From Pontiella sp. (GTDB lineage: Bacteria > Verrucomicrobiota > Kiritimatiellia > Kiritimatiellales > Pontiellaceae): a stretch of 64,000 nt of DNA. A program made the translations under genes and the position numbers. The stretch is taken from assembly GCA_050290185.1 (NCBI GenBank), contig JBNKHE010000001.1:226713-290712 (forward strand). The letters are read 5' to 3'. Every line of letters begins with the position of its first letter. Within the stretch, counting starts at the first letter, position 1. Below, piece by piece: positions 28,273 through 42,348 of this stretch. Under the pieces are notes generated by a model. The model did no database searches. It was not told the origin of the DNA and worked only from the letters and a program-made list of their open reading frames with translations.

Positions 28273-28375
28273 GTTTACGCCCACAAGAGAAACTTCGACT
28301 CCACATGGGAGGAAACCGCGACCGGCATCGCCGACAAAATATACCGCCGCGGAATCATATCGTGCACCTTTTCAT

Positions 28376-29743
28376 TTACTTCTTCTTGAACTTCCACCAG
28401 TTGACATTGAACAGATCGCCGTCGCCGACAAACTTTAGATAGAGGTCGTGCACACCCGATGCACCCTTGATTTCGCACGAGGTGTTTTCCCATTTCTGTT
28501 CGCCGCCAGTCCGGGGTACGCGGCAGGTGCCGATCAGCTTGCCGTCCTCGCTGTCCAGACGAAGCTCGATCTTCCCGCCGCTGGTGGTCGAAGCCACCCG
28601 TGTGCCGAACATGGAAGCGCCGGCGCCGAAGTCAACGCCCTGTACCTTGATGTAGTCGCCGTCGTCGAGATCGCAGATGTTCATGCCGCCCTCTTCGCAC
28701 GGCTCCGTTTCAACACCGCCGGTCCAGCAGATGGTTTCGGCCTCGACCTGATCGTAAGGATCGAGATGGCCCACCTGCGCGGGACCTTCCTTGGTCGGTT
28801 CCACTTTCTTGACCGATCCGTCGGACTTGAACTCCATCTCATCGACGCAAACCGAACGCTTGAATCCGCCGCCTCCGGGCAGGTCTGCATTGTGGTAGAA
28901 CAGATAGGTCTTGCCCTTAAAATCGACCACGCCGGGATGGATGGTGAAAGCACTCTGGGGATCCATCACAACGCCGCCATATTTCCACGGACCTTCGGGC
29001 TTCTTGCTGGTGGAATAGCCGAGATGTTCCCCGATGGGTCCGCCGGCGAAGAAGAGGTAGTAGAGATTCTGGCGCTTGTAGAGCCACGGGCCCTCTTCAT
29101 AGGTCGTGGCGCGTTTTTCGTCTTCCTTGCTGCGTTTTCCGAATTCCTCGACGGTCATGTCCAGCACCACAAGGCCGTAGTCGCCGATGCTGGGATCAAT
29201 GGAGATCATGTCCTTGTTCAACTTCACATAACAGCAATTGGGATTGCCCCAGTACATATAGGCCTGCCCGTCGTCGTCGATGAACACGGTCGGATCGATA
29301 TTGTCACCGCCGATCAGCGGTTTCCCGATGGGATCGGTAAAGGGTCCGAACGGATTATCCGCCACCAGCACGCCGATCCCCCGCCCCTGCAACGGGCAAT
29401 ACAGGTACCACTTACCATCGCGTTCAATGCATTGGACCGCCCAAGCACCGTTTTCGAAACCGCCGCCCCAGCCGGAACCCGCCCATTTGAAATCATGTAG
29501 CGAAGCCACCCTCCCGTGATCGGTCCAGTTGACCATGTCGGTGGAGGAATAACAGAGCCAGTCCCGCATCGTAAAAAACCCATTCTCCGTCACATCTTCA
29601 TCGTGGCTGGTGTACACGTAGCAAACGCCGTCTTTTACGAATGGTGCCGGATCGGCGGTGTACAGGGTCTGGATAAACGGGTTGTCCGCAAAACAGCTTA
29701 CTGTGGAAAGGCCCACTAGAATGCTTACGATTGTTTTTTTCAT
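28376..29743 (-). CDS. GH43 xylosidase/arabinofuranosidase + CBM6
   Basis: TADPAP, WA, IDP, EGPW; VEAET..VDFG..RVAS..GVHDLYLKF..NWWKF. Confidence 0.93.
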   Translation of the reverse strand: MKKTIVSILVGLSTVSCFADNPFIQTLYTADPAPFVKDGVCYVYTSHDEDVTENGFFTMRDWLCYSSTDMVNWTDHGRVASLHDFKWAGSGWGGGFENGAWAVQCIERDGKWYLYCPLQGRGIGVLVADNPFGPFTDPIGKPLIGGDNIDPTVFIDDDGQAYMYWGNPNCCYVKLNKDMISIDPSIGDYGLVVLDMTVEEFGKRSKEDEKRATTYEEGPWLYKRQNLYYLFFAGGPIGEHLGYSTSKKPEGPWKYGGVVMDPQSAFTIHPGVVDFKGKTYLFYHNADLPGGGGFKRSVCVDEMEFKSDGSVKKVEPTKEGPAQVGHLDPYDQVEAETICWTGGVETEPCEEGGMNICDLDDGDYIKVQGVDFGAGASMFGTRVASTTSGGKIELRLDSEDGKLIGTCRVPRTGGEQKWENTSCEIKGASGVHDLYLKFVGDGDLFNVNWWKFKKK

Positions 29744-29770
29744 TTTTATATCTCCTGGTTTCAATCCAGA

Positions 29771-32098
29771 TTATTTTTTGAATGTCCAGTCATACACGTT
29801 GAGCAGGTATCCCGGGCCACCCGTAAACTTGAAGTAGACGTCGTGCCGTCCCTTCACGCCTTTCAGCTTGCAGGTTTCCGTTTTCCACGATTGCCAGCCA
29901 CCGGTGTTCTTCACTTCGCAGGAGCCAACGGCCGGGGTGTCGACGCGGTCGAGATAGATTTCAACCGTTCCTCCGTCGGTTGCAGAGGCAACGCGCAGTT
30001 CCACTGTCTTAGCGCCGGAACCGAAATCAACCGCCTTGAAGCAGACCCAGTCCCCGTTTTCGATATTGCAGATGTTGCTGCCTTCCTCGGAGCTGTTTTC
30101 GGTCAGAACGCCCGACTGGGTGTCAAACTCATCGGCCCTGTTTCGTGCAAAAGGATTGCGATAGGATGCTGACACCTTGATCGAAGCAGATACCGGCGAT
30201 CCTAGTTTGCCTTTAAATTCCACCTGCACCGTGGCACTGCCTTTTTCCAGAGCGGTAACCGCACCATTTTCGACCGAGACTGTTTTAGAGTCGGCCGCGG
30301 TATAGGTTGCCTGCTTCGTGACATCCTCGGTGTGCCCGTCAACATATTCCGCCGTCACGCTGACGGTCTGTTTATTCCCCACGATGAGCTCCAGTTTCGG
30401 AGCGCTGACGATCAGTTTTCTCGGCGTCAACTCGGCCTTTAAATCCTTCACGACCAGGCAAAGCTCATCCGACTTTCCGTCAAACTGAGCTGTGAGTATC
30501 GTTTCGCCGGCACTTGCGCCGGAGACCATGCCCTCGCCTACGGTTGCTACGGAGGGCTTCTCCACGGCAATCTTCGCCTGACTGGACACATCCTTGCTCG
30601 TGCCGTCGGAATAGATCGCGGCGACGGTGAGCGGAACGCGGTTGGCCGCGCCGGAAGCGGAGTCAATCTTGTAGCGCTCCACCGCGGCATTGATGGCGAC
30701 CAGTTCCGGCTCGGCAGTCTTTTTCGCAAACTGCCACCAGTCGAACTTGCACAGGTTGACCGAATCGCCCTTGAAGACAAGGAAGAGATCGTGTTTGCCG
30801 GACGCGCCCTTGATCGCAATCGTTTCGTTCTTCCATTCGCCAGCCGTGTAGGAAACCGGAACCGCGCCGATGAGCGGGCCGTCCACCCCGTCGAGATGGA
30901 GTTCGATGGATGCGCCCTCAAAGAGCCCGACTTCCGTATCGCAGGCGACGGAGGCCGTGAACGTACCGGCACCCTCGGTGCCGAAGTCGCCCCCCTGCAC
31001 CTTGATGTAGGCACCGTCTTTTGTCGGATAGACATTCATTCCACCCGCATTGCAGGACTCGGACTTTATGCCTTCGCTCCAACAGATGGTTTCCGCCTCG
31101 GTGCGGACGTAGGGATTGAGCGGTTCAATCTGATCGACGGGATCAGCTTCCTCCCACCAGGGAAGTTCATTGATCGTACCGTCCGGATTAAACTTCAGCT
31201 CAGCAACACAGACCGAACGGCGTTCGTGGTGCTGATCCGTAATCAGGAAGTTCAGCTTGAAGTTGAACCCGAACACATAGGTCTTACCCTTGAAATCGAT
31301 AATCCCCGGATGGTTTCCGGAAGAGCGGCCGTCCGGGCGCATAATATATCCGCCGAACTCCCATGGACCTTCCTGACTGTCGCTCATGGCATACCCCATC
31401 CCTTCCGGGCAGCAAGTCGAGGCGTAGGCCATGTAGTAATGGCCGTCCCGCTTGTAGGCCCAGGGACCTTCTTGATAATGATACGGATCCGACTGACCCT
31501 GCACTTTGGCAATGCCGGGATCTTTTATAATCTCCCCGGAATAGGAAATCATGTCATCGTTCAGTTTGACATACCACAGGTTGGGGTTACCCCAATAAAG
31601 ATAGGCCTGCCCATCATCGTCAATGAAAGGAGAAGGATCAATGAATCCGCCTTCCGGCCCGACGAGCGGCTTTCCAATAGCATCCTTGTACGGACCAAGC
31701 GGACTGTCAGCCACCGCGACGCCAATCACATTTTTCGGCCATCCCGGAACGCTCACCGGCGCGTAAAAATAAAACTTCCCATTCCGTTCAATCGCCTGCG
31801 GCGCCCAGGCATCGTTCTCCTGAACCGCCCATGGGAAGGTCTTTAACGACGCAATCGTTCCGTGATCCGTCCAGTTGACCATGTCCGTAGAGGTATAGCA
31901 CTGCCAGTCCTTCATCAGGAAGCGCCCCATCCCGGGACCCGCATCGTCCTCATCGTGACTGGTATAAAGATACACGACACCGTCATGAACGAACGGAGCA
32001 GGGTCCGCCGTAAATTTGGTCTGCACAATTGGATCGGATGCATGACTTACACCAACGACAAAAACACCTGCAATGATTGCGATTCCTTTATTCATCAT
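29771..32098 (-). CDS. GH43 + CBM6 + two Ig-like (Big_2) + CBM6
   Basis: TADPAP, WAPQ, IDP, EGPW, GNHPG; two CBM6 modules (second with TGGWQSW). Confidence 0.93.
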   Translation of the reverse strand: MMNKGIAIIAGVFVVGVSHASDPIVQTKFTADPAPFVHDGVVYLYTSHDEDDAGPGMGRFLMKDWQCYTSTDMVNWTDHGTIASLKTFPWAVQENDAWAPQAIERNGKFYFYAPVSVPGWPKNVIGVAVADSPLGPYKDAIGKPLVGPEGGFIDPSPFIDDDGQAYLYWGNPNLWYVKLNDDMISYSGEIIKDPGIAKVQGQSDPYHYQEGPWAYKRDGHYYMAYASTCCPEGMGYAMSDSQEGPWEFGGYIMRPDGRSSGNHPGIIDFKGKTYVFGFNFKLNFLITDQHHERRSVCVAELKFNPDGTINELPWWEEADPVDQIEPLNPYVRTEAETICWSEGIKSESCNAGGMNVYPTKDGAYIKVQGGDFGTEGAGTFTASVACDTEVGLFEGASIELHLDGVDGPLIGAVPVSYTAGEWKNETIAIKGASGKHDLFLVFKGDSVNLCKFDWWQFAKKTAEPELVAINAAVERYKIDSASGAANRVPLTVAAIYSDGTSKDVSSQAKIAVEKPSVATVGEGMVSGASAGETILTAQFDGKSDELCLVVKDLKAELTPRKLIVSAPKLELIVGNKQTVSVTAEYVDGHTEDVTKQATYTAADSKTVSVENGAVTALEKGSATVQVEFKGKLGSPVSASIKVSASYRNPFARNRADEFDTQSGVLTENSSEEGSNICNIENGDWVCFKAVDFGSGAKTVELRVASATDGGTVEIYLDRVDTPAVGSCEVKNTGGWQSWKTETCKLKGVKGRHDVYFKFTGGPGYLLNVYDWTFKK

Positions 32099-32120
32099 TC
32101 TTTCCCTCTCCAAACCTGCT

Positions 32121-35066
32121 TTAAAACTTAACCTGAACCGGCTTGCCAGCATATTTGACCGGCTTCACGCCGCTCGTTCCCGTTTCAATCCCTGCATTCT
32201 GTCCCGGCAGCGCCAGCACCACATTCAGCACGCGCTCCTTCACCATACCGGGGAACGATCCTTTACGCGGTCCGATGGTCAGCGTTCTGGCCGCATCGTT
32301 CCACAACAACTCAATCGTGGCATATTCGCCCTTCTCATAGTCGTAGGTTTCGTTGTCGTCCTCATAGATCGTAAAGGTCGCGTCGGCCCCCGGATAGATG
32401 CGGATCTCGTACGGTGCCTCCGGTTTTTCGGTGGCGTACTGCATGACCGGCCCCATCGACACGATCGAGCCGGCGCGTACATACAGCGGTAGGATGTTGA
32501 GCGGACAGTCACGTTCAACCGTCTGACCGCCCTTCAGCGGCTTATTGTTCCAGAAATCAAACCAGTTGGCGCCTGCCGGCAGGTAGGTTGCATACGAAGT
32601 GTCCATGCCGGCTTTCTCGGATTCCATCTTCCGGATATCAGCAGGCGTACGCCATCCAAGACGAAGAGAACGCTCCCCTCCACCCTGGAAAAACTCCAGC
32701 CGGAGCTCCACCTTCTGCCCCTTGCGGAACGTAAGCTTCTTGCCGCGATAACGCGCAGCCCCCTGGCTCCAGTCCTCAACCACTTTCTGTCCGTCCAGAT
32801 AGAGCCGGAAGCCGTCGTCGCCCTCGACTCCGACTTCATATTCGCCGCTTTCAGGCGCAATTAGCACCCCTTCCCAACGGGCGGAAAAATTGTTACAGCT
32901 GTCCAGGCCGCCCGGAGGCTCAGCCAGCGGTGGGCCGGGCCAGTCGTGGTCGACAACGCGATCCACCGCGCTGCCCTTCGCTGTCTCAAAATTCATCCCG
33001 GCATAATACTGCACGGCCAGTCCGCGTTTGCCGTCAGGCGTGCGCAGATACTTCTGCGGAATGGTCGGTGCCGGAGGATTGTCCACGTTGAACATGGGAC
33101 GGGTCACCGGATGAACCAAAAACGCCGGACCGAACATGAAGGCATCGCTGATGTTGCGAGCCTTGGCGTCATTCGAAAAGTCCAGCGGCAGGGCGCGCAT
33201 GAGCGTATAGCCCTCGCTCGTGACCTTCCAGGTTTGACTGTAGAGATAGGGCATCAGGCGATAGCGCAAATGCGTAATGTCGAGCAGCGACTGATACATC
33301 TCCGGATCCATCTCCTTAAAGATGTAAGGCTCCCGCTCAATGTTGGTGCCGTGCACCCGCATCAACGGGTTGAACGCCCCGAACTGGTACCAGCGCGCAA
33401 ACAGTTCGCGATAAGCCGGGTTCTGTTCGCCGCCGGGGAAGTTGTTGACAAAGAAACCTCCAATATCCTGCGTCCACCAGGGATTGCCCGACATCGTCAC
33501 ATTGAGTCCGCCGGCCATCTGCGCCTTAAGCGTGTCCCAGCTGGCAAACGAATCGCCCGACCAGGACGCCGCCGCATAGCGCTGCGCGCCGGCCCAGGCA
33601 GAGCGCGTCAGGGTGAAAACGCGCTGGTTGTTCACGGCGCGCTGCCCTTCATAGGTTCCCTTCGTGGTCATCAGGGTATAGGGATTCAGATAGCGGGAAA
33701 AATCGCCCATGGCATTGATGCCGAGGCGCTTGATATCGCGCGACACTTCGTTTGGATTCCAGCAGGCCGTGCCGACCTCGACTTCGGTACCGTCCATCCA
33801 GAGTGCGTCAACTCCCTTGTCGAGCAGCCCCTTCTTAATATGCTTGAAATAAATTTCCCGCCCCTTTTCGCTGAAGGCATCGTAAATGCGGGCCTTTTTG
33901 GAAATCCAGTGCAGGGGTTCAAAACGTAGACCGTATTGATCCAGTTCCTCAGCGAGCGGCGTGTCGTTGCCTACGCCGGGCCAGATGGAAATCATCAGCT
34001 TCATGTCCAGATCGTGGATCGACTCAATCATGCCCTCCGGATCGGGATAGCGCTCCGGATTCCAGATCATCCCGCTCCAGGTACCGTCCTTGTCAGATCC
34101 CCAGTACTGCCAGTCCTGCACAATGTAATCGAGCGGGAACTGCTCCTTGCGGAAGGTCTTGGCCACTTCAACGATGCGCGCCTGCGTCTTATAGCGCTCC
34201 TTGCTCATGAACAGGCCGAGGGCCTGTTTCGGAATCATCGGCGCGTCGCCGGTGAGGTTCCGGTAGCCGACAATCGTGTCATTGAGGGTATCGCCGGTGA
34301 AAAAGTAATAATCCACCCCGCCCGGTGCACTCTCGGCCCAGAGCCGGGCCCCGTTTTCATCATCCTTGAAATTCATAATGGAATAGGTATCCCACATGAT
34401 TCCGTAGCGTTCGCTCGAAAGAATCATCGGAATCACAATCCCCAGATTCGTCTGAATCAGCTTCAGCTCCTGCCCGCGGCGGTTGATTTCCGCCGGAGAG
34501 GAATCAACATACCCGAAGCCATACCAGCCTTCGTCGGGCTTCAGGGTAAAGGTATTCGCCACTTCATAGGTCGGCGCACCGGAAATTTCCACCGGTTTAA
34601 TCTCCGACGGTCTGTCCGCCCTCTCCTGCGTCAGGACCTTGCCGGAGGCATCCATGAATGTCAGTGCGCCGGTTTCCTTGTCCGCCTTGATCTGCAGTTG
34701 GTCCGTGATAATGGTAATGTAGTCACCTATCTCCTTGACCTTGAACGGAACCGTCGCCGGCTTGCCCACGACCACGATGCTGGGATATTTCCAAAAGTTT
34801 TGGCCGAGGTTTTCGTTCACGCGGACGGTGGTCGGACCGTAGAAAATCACATTCTTCACCCGGTCGCCGATACGAAGTTGAACACCGCTTTCCAACTGAA
34901 CCGCGGAAAACCCGTTATTCACGGAGCTTTCCACCGCCATCAGATGTCCGTTTTCATCCAGCCCAGTCGGAGCCGCCTGGGAAATCAGGGCCACACCAAA
35001 CCATGCCACCGACAGCAGGCCGCATGCAGCCAGCCGGTTCCGCCCAACGTTTTTCAATACCATCAT
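32121..35066 (-). CDS. GH31 alpha-xylosidase-like glycosidase with PA14 domain
   Basis: VQDWQYW, WMDGTE, WSGD, WTQDIGGF, YEDDNETYDYEKG; PA14 motif FSARWEG..GDDGFRL. Confidence 0.93.
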   Translation of the reverse strand: MMVLKNVGRNRLAACGLLSVAWFGVALISQAAPTGLDENGHLMAVESSVNNGFSAVQLESGVQLRIGDRVKNVIFYGPTTVRVNENLGQNFWKYPSIVVVGKPATVPFKVKEIGDYITIITDQLQIKADKETGALTFMDASGKVLTQERADRPSEIKPVEISGAPTYEVANTFTLKPDEGWYGFGYVDSSPAEINRRGQELKLIQTNLGIVIPMILSSERYGIMWDTYSIMNFKDDENGARLWAESAPGGVDYYFFTGDTLNDTIVGYRNLTGDAPMIPKQALGLFMSKERYKTQARIVEVAKTFRKEQFPLDYIVQDWQYWGSDKDGTWSGMIWNPERYPDPEGMIESIHDLDMKLMISIWPGVGNDTPLAEELDQYGLRFEPLHWISKKARIYDAFSEKGREIYFKHIKKGLLDKGVDALWMDGTEVEVGTACWNPNEVSRDIKRLGINAMGDFSRYLNPYTLMTTKGTYEGQRAVNNQRVFTLTRSAWAGAQRYAAASWSGDSFASWDTLKAQMAGGLNVTMSGNPWWTQDIGGFFVNNFPGGEQNPAYRELFARWYQFGAFNPLMRVHGTNIEREPYIFKEMDPEMYQSLLDITHLRYRLMPYLYSQTWKVTSEGYTLMRALPLDFSNDAKARNISDAFMFGPAFLVHPVTRPMFNVDNPPAPTIPQKYLRTPDGKRGLAVQYYAGMNFETAKGSAVDRVVDHDWPGPPLAEPPGGLDSCNNFSARWEGVLIAPESGEYEVGVEGDDGFRLYLDGQKVVEDWSQGAARYRGKKLTFRKGQKVELRLEFFQGGGERSLRLGWRTPADIRKMESEKAGMDTSYATYLPAGANWFDFWNNKPLKGGQTVERDCPLNILPLYVRAGSIVSMGPVMQYATEKPEAPYEIRIYPGADATFTIYEDDNETYDYEKGEYATIELLWNDAARTLTIGPRKGSFPGMVKERVLNVVLALPGQNAGIETGTSGVKPVKYAGKPVQVKF

Positions 35067-35136
35067 ACCACCCTCTATGTTGAACCCCGTTCCGTTTGAA
35101 CCGCTAGAAAAAACGGAAAGAAGCGGTTTCAATACA

Positions 35137-35167
35137 TAGAGGCGCCATGCGGTCAAATTTCCGGCCA
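35137..35167 (-). promoter_or_regulatory. Candidate ECF-dependent promoter
   Basis: Minus strand TGGCCGGAAA-N11-GGCGCCTCTA, about 70 bp upstream of the GH31 start; same architecture as 59704-59734. Confidence 0.6.
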
Positions 35168-35236
35168 CCTATTTCAGGGGAATACCGCGCGCATTGCCAA
35201 AAATCCGCGCTCCGGAAATCCGGCAGGAACACCGTC

Positions 35237-37513
35237 TTAAAGCATTCCGGGAAAGGTCTTTTCCGCTTCCTCGACAAGGAGCGTGGCTAAAACCCAATCG
35301 TACCAGAACCCCCTGGGATTATCGCCGTATTCTTCTATTCTGTTCAAATCGCGAGGCAGTCCGGACTCGACCATAAAACGTCCCGCGGCCAATTCCCCGC
35401 GGGCTTCGTCGAACAGGCCCTGCCGGCCCAGTGCCATGGCCAACACGATGTGATCCAACGCGATCCGTGCCGCCGAGTGATCCGGGCAGATCAAATTCTT
35501 TTTGGACCATTGGGCTGCAGCTTTATAATTCCCCCTACGATATTCGTAAATGGAAAGCGCCCAGACCCGCCAGGCCATGACCGTCTCATCAAATTCAGAC
35601 ACTGGAACATCACTCGTCGCCGACCTTTCCAGAATGCCGGCCAATGGCTTCAAGGCCATGAGTACCGAATCTTCGCAGGGACGGACCAGACACATTTTTA
35701 TGATCTGCTCGGCCGCAATCGGATTTCGCGTGGCAGCAAAATGAACGAGGGTATCCTCGACGAATTCTTCGTATTCCTCCAGGTCTCCAGCCGCCACCAG
35801 CGATGGAGCGACGCAAATCAGACCGCGCGTTGCCTCGGAGGTCATGTCGGTTGGGTCCACCCGGCTTGCGCGTACAAATTTCAGCAGATGTTCTGCTCCT
35901 AACGACCAATTCCCGTCAAAAATGCGCCATTGCGCCAGATTCAGAAACAGATCCCGGGCCTCGAGCGAGGGTTTGATCACCGGAAGCTCACAATCCGCGA
36001 CCAGCTGCTCCGCCTCGGCATATTGATTCCGGCTCAGGCATACTGCGGCTGTGGCAATCTTTTCACGCGCTTCTGCCTCTTCGCGCAGGACGGCCTCATT
36101 TTTCCGGGCGGCTTCTGCCACACGTTCTGCCGCAACGGCGCGCTGACGTGCGACCCGCTCGCGAGCCAGCAGCCAGCTCGACGTTGCCAGTCCGGCCAGC
36201 AGGACCGCCAGCACGGCGCACACCGAAACCACCATGCCCCGGTGCCGGCGTACCATTTTTTGAAAACGGTAACGTCGGCTGGGCGGCCGGGCTATGACCG
36301 GCTCGTGGTTCAAGTACCGCTGGATATCCATGGCGAAGGCTTCCACCGTTTCATAGCGTCGATCCCGATCCTTCTCCAGCGCCTTCATCACGACCCAGTC
36401 CAGATCTCCCCCGAATGCGCGTTCCAACGACGCAAAATCTCCCATGCTTCGGCTCAGGCTATCGCGCTTGAAAACACTCAGTTGGAGCAGGCGGACGGAG
36501 GGTCGCGACGGCTCCTGTTCCATCAGGATTCTCCGCATTTCATCGATCCCATCATCCAGCAAAGCACGTCTTTCGAACGGCGTGCTGCCGGTCAGGAGTT
36601 CATAGAGCAGGGTTCCCAGACTGTAAATATCGCTGCGCGTGTCCAGATCGGCCCCGCCCTTCCGCGCCTGCTCGGGACTCATGTAGCAAGGAGTCCCGAT
36701 AAAGGGTTCGACCACCGTATCCCCATTGCGCCCTCCTGAAAGTCCTTCGTGGGTGGCCTTGGCGATGCCGAAATCGATCACCCGCGGACGCGGCGCGCCC
36801 TCCTGCAAATCCACCAATACATTGGAGGGTTTGATATCCCGATGGATGACGCCTTTTTGATGAGCATGCTGGATGGCATAGCAGACCTGGATGAAGAGTT
36901 CGAGACGCTGGTCGAGCTCCAACCGGTTTTCGTTGCAATAGTGCGTGATCGGAATTCCGGGCACCAGTTCCATCACAAAAAAGGGCCGGCCGGTTTCGGT
37001 TTCGCCAGCATCGTAGACGTGGGCTATGTTCGGGTGCTCCATCATCGCCAAGGTCTGTCGCTCTGCCTCAAAACGCGCAATGACACTTTTCGTGTCCATG
37101 CCCCGCTTGATGATCTTGAAGGCTACGAGCCGCCGGACCGGCGAGGACTGTTCCGCCACATAGACCTTGCCGGCTCCGCCCTCGCCGATTTTCCGCACCA
37201 GCTTGTACGGTCCGAACTGCTTGCCCACTTCTTCGTCTTTCTCGAAAGCGCTGCCGGCCTTTTGAAGGATGCCATCGATCCCGTCGAGGGTTTCGGCGAC
37301 CTCTGCGGTGGTCACATGCGTCGGGGCATCGGTTGAAAAAAAGGCTTCCGATTCGCCCACGGCCGACAGCAACCGTTCCACCTTGGCGCGCAGTTGCGGG
37401 TCGTCGCCGCAGGCCTGCTCTATATAGGCCGCCCTTTCCGAATCGGAATCGATTTCCATGGCGGAGAAGAAGATTTCGTCGGCCCGCAGCCGGTCCTGGA
37501 GTTCATCGCTCAT
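35237..37513 (-). CDS. Membrane-anchored Hanks-type Ser/Thr protein kinase with helical (TPR-like) C-terminal region
   Basis: GEGGAGKVY, VAFK, HRDIKPSN, DFGIAK, GTPCYMSPEQ; one TM segment. Confidence 0.95.
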   Translation of the reverse strand: MSDELQDRLRADEIFFSAMEIDSDSERAAYIEQACGDDPQLRAKVERLLSAVGESEAFFSTDAPTHVTTAEVAETLDGIDGILQKAGSAFEKDEEVGKQFGPYKLVRKIGEGGAGKVYVAEQSSPVRRLVAFKIIKRGMDTKSVIARFEAERQTLAMMEHPNIAHVYDAGETETGRPFFVMELVPGIPITHYCNENRLELDQRLELFIQVCYAIQHAHQKGVIHRDIKPSNVLVDLQEGAPRPRVIDFGIAKATHEGLSGGRNGDTVVEPFIGTPCYMSPEQARKGGADLDTRSDIYSLGTLLYELLTGSTPFERRALLDDGIDEMRRILMEQEPSRPSVRLLQLSVFKRDSLSRSMGDFASLERAFGGDLDWVVMKALEKDRDRRYETVEAFAMDIQRYLNHEPVIARPPSRRYRFQKMVRRHRGMVVSVCAVLAVLLAGLATSSWLLARERVARQRAVAAERVAEAARKNEAVLREEAEAREKIATAAVCLSRNQYAEAEQLVADCELPVIKPSLEARDLFLNLAQWRIFDGNWSLGAEHLLKFVRASRVDPTDMTSEATRGLICVAPSLVAAGDLEEYEEFVEDTLVHFAATRNPIAAEQIIKMCLVRPCEDSVLMALKPLAGILERSATSDVPVSEFDETVMAWRVWALSIYEYRRGNYKAAAQWSKKNLICPDHSAARIALDHIVLAMALGRQGLFDEARGELAAGRFMVESGLPRDLNRIEEYGDNPRGFWYDWVLATLLVEEAEKTFPGML

Positions 37514-37517
37514 CGAA

Positions 37518-38078
37518 TCAGTTTGACTCCGCACGGATCCGTTCATAGAGCCAGGCGCGTGCGCACGACCAATAGCGCCGGACGGAGCGTTCGCCCATAC
37601 CCAGCGCCTCGGCGATCTCCGGCTGGGTCATACCGCCGAAATATTTCATCACCACGATCTTAGCCCATTCCGGGTGAACCTGTTCCAACTGCGTCAGGGC
37701 ATCTTCCACCAGCAGGATTTTTTCGTCTGTTACCGCATCCGCCAGATCCGTGATTTCAAGATCGACGCGTTTGCGGGAGCCGCCCCGTTTCAAACGGTGT
37801 TTGCGGCGGGCATGTTCGACGAGAATATGTCGCATGGCCCGGGAGGCGGCTCCGAAAAAGCTGGCGCGGGTTTCCCAGCTCCGCTCCTCTTCACGCACCA
37901 TCCGCAGCCACGCCTCGTGCACCAGCGCGGTCGGCTGAAGAGTATGCTGCCCGGCCTCATCGGCCATGCGCGCACCCGCAAGCCGGCGCAATTCGTTGTA
38001 CACCAACGGCATTAGCTTTTCGGATTCGATACTGCCATCGTCTCCGATGGGAATCAGCTTTTCACTGTGATCATTCAT
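37518..38078 (-). CDS. ECF sigma factor of the kinase-associated (TIGR02999-like) type
   Basis: LVYNELRRLA, HTLQPTALVHEAWLRM, KRGG, W..ARAWL. Confidence 0.93.
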   Translation of the reverse strand: MNDHSEKLIPIGDDGSIESEKLMPLVYNELRRLAGARMADEAGQHTLQPTALVHEAWLRMVREEERSWETRASFFGAASRAMRHILVEHARRKHRLKRGGSRKRVDLEITDLADAVTDEKILLVEDALTQLEQVHPEWAKIVVMKYFGGMTQPEIAEALGMGERSVRRYWSCARAWLYERIRAESN

Positions 38079-38384
38079 ACTCTTGGCCGCAGAATTGGAA
38101 TTTAACCGTGTATATATGCCAAATTATACGGCTGATCGCAACTACAAGGATAAAGCGCATAGCCCCTCCGGGCATCCATTAAAGGAGAGAGATCAATCAG
38201 AGCCTCCCGTACATTCAGGAATAAACCCGAGGCGGCAGGGCTTCCGAAACGATCTCCTCCTCGAGGACAACCGACGCATGTGCCGGACGTGAAGAGAAAC
38301 ATACCATACCGGCAACGGCCAAAACCATAAGTGATTCCAACCTGTCGTTCCCAAAAAGCTTTTTATCCCCTCTTCCCTATCGAT

Positions 38385-42323
<3,939 letters not shown>

Positions 42324-42348
42324 CTACAGATGTTCCCCGCATCACTAC

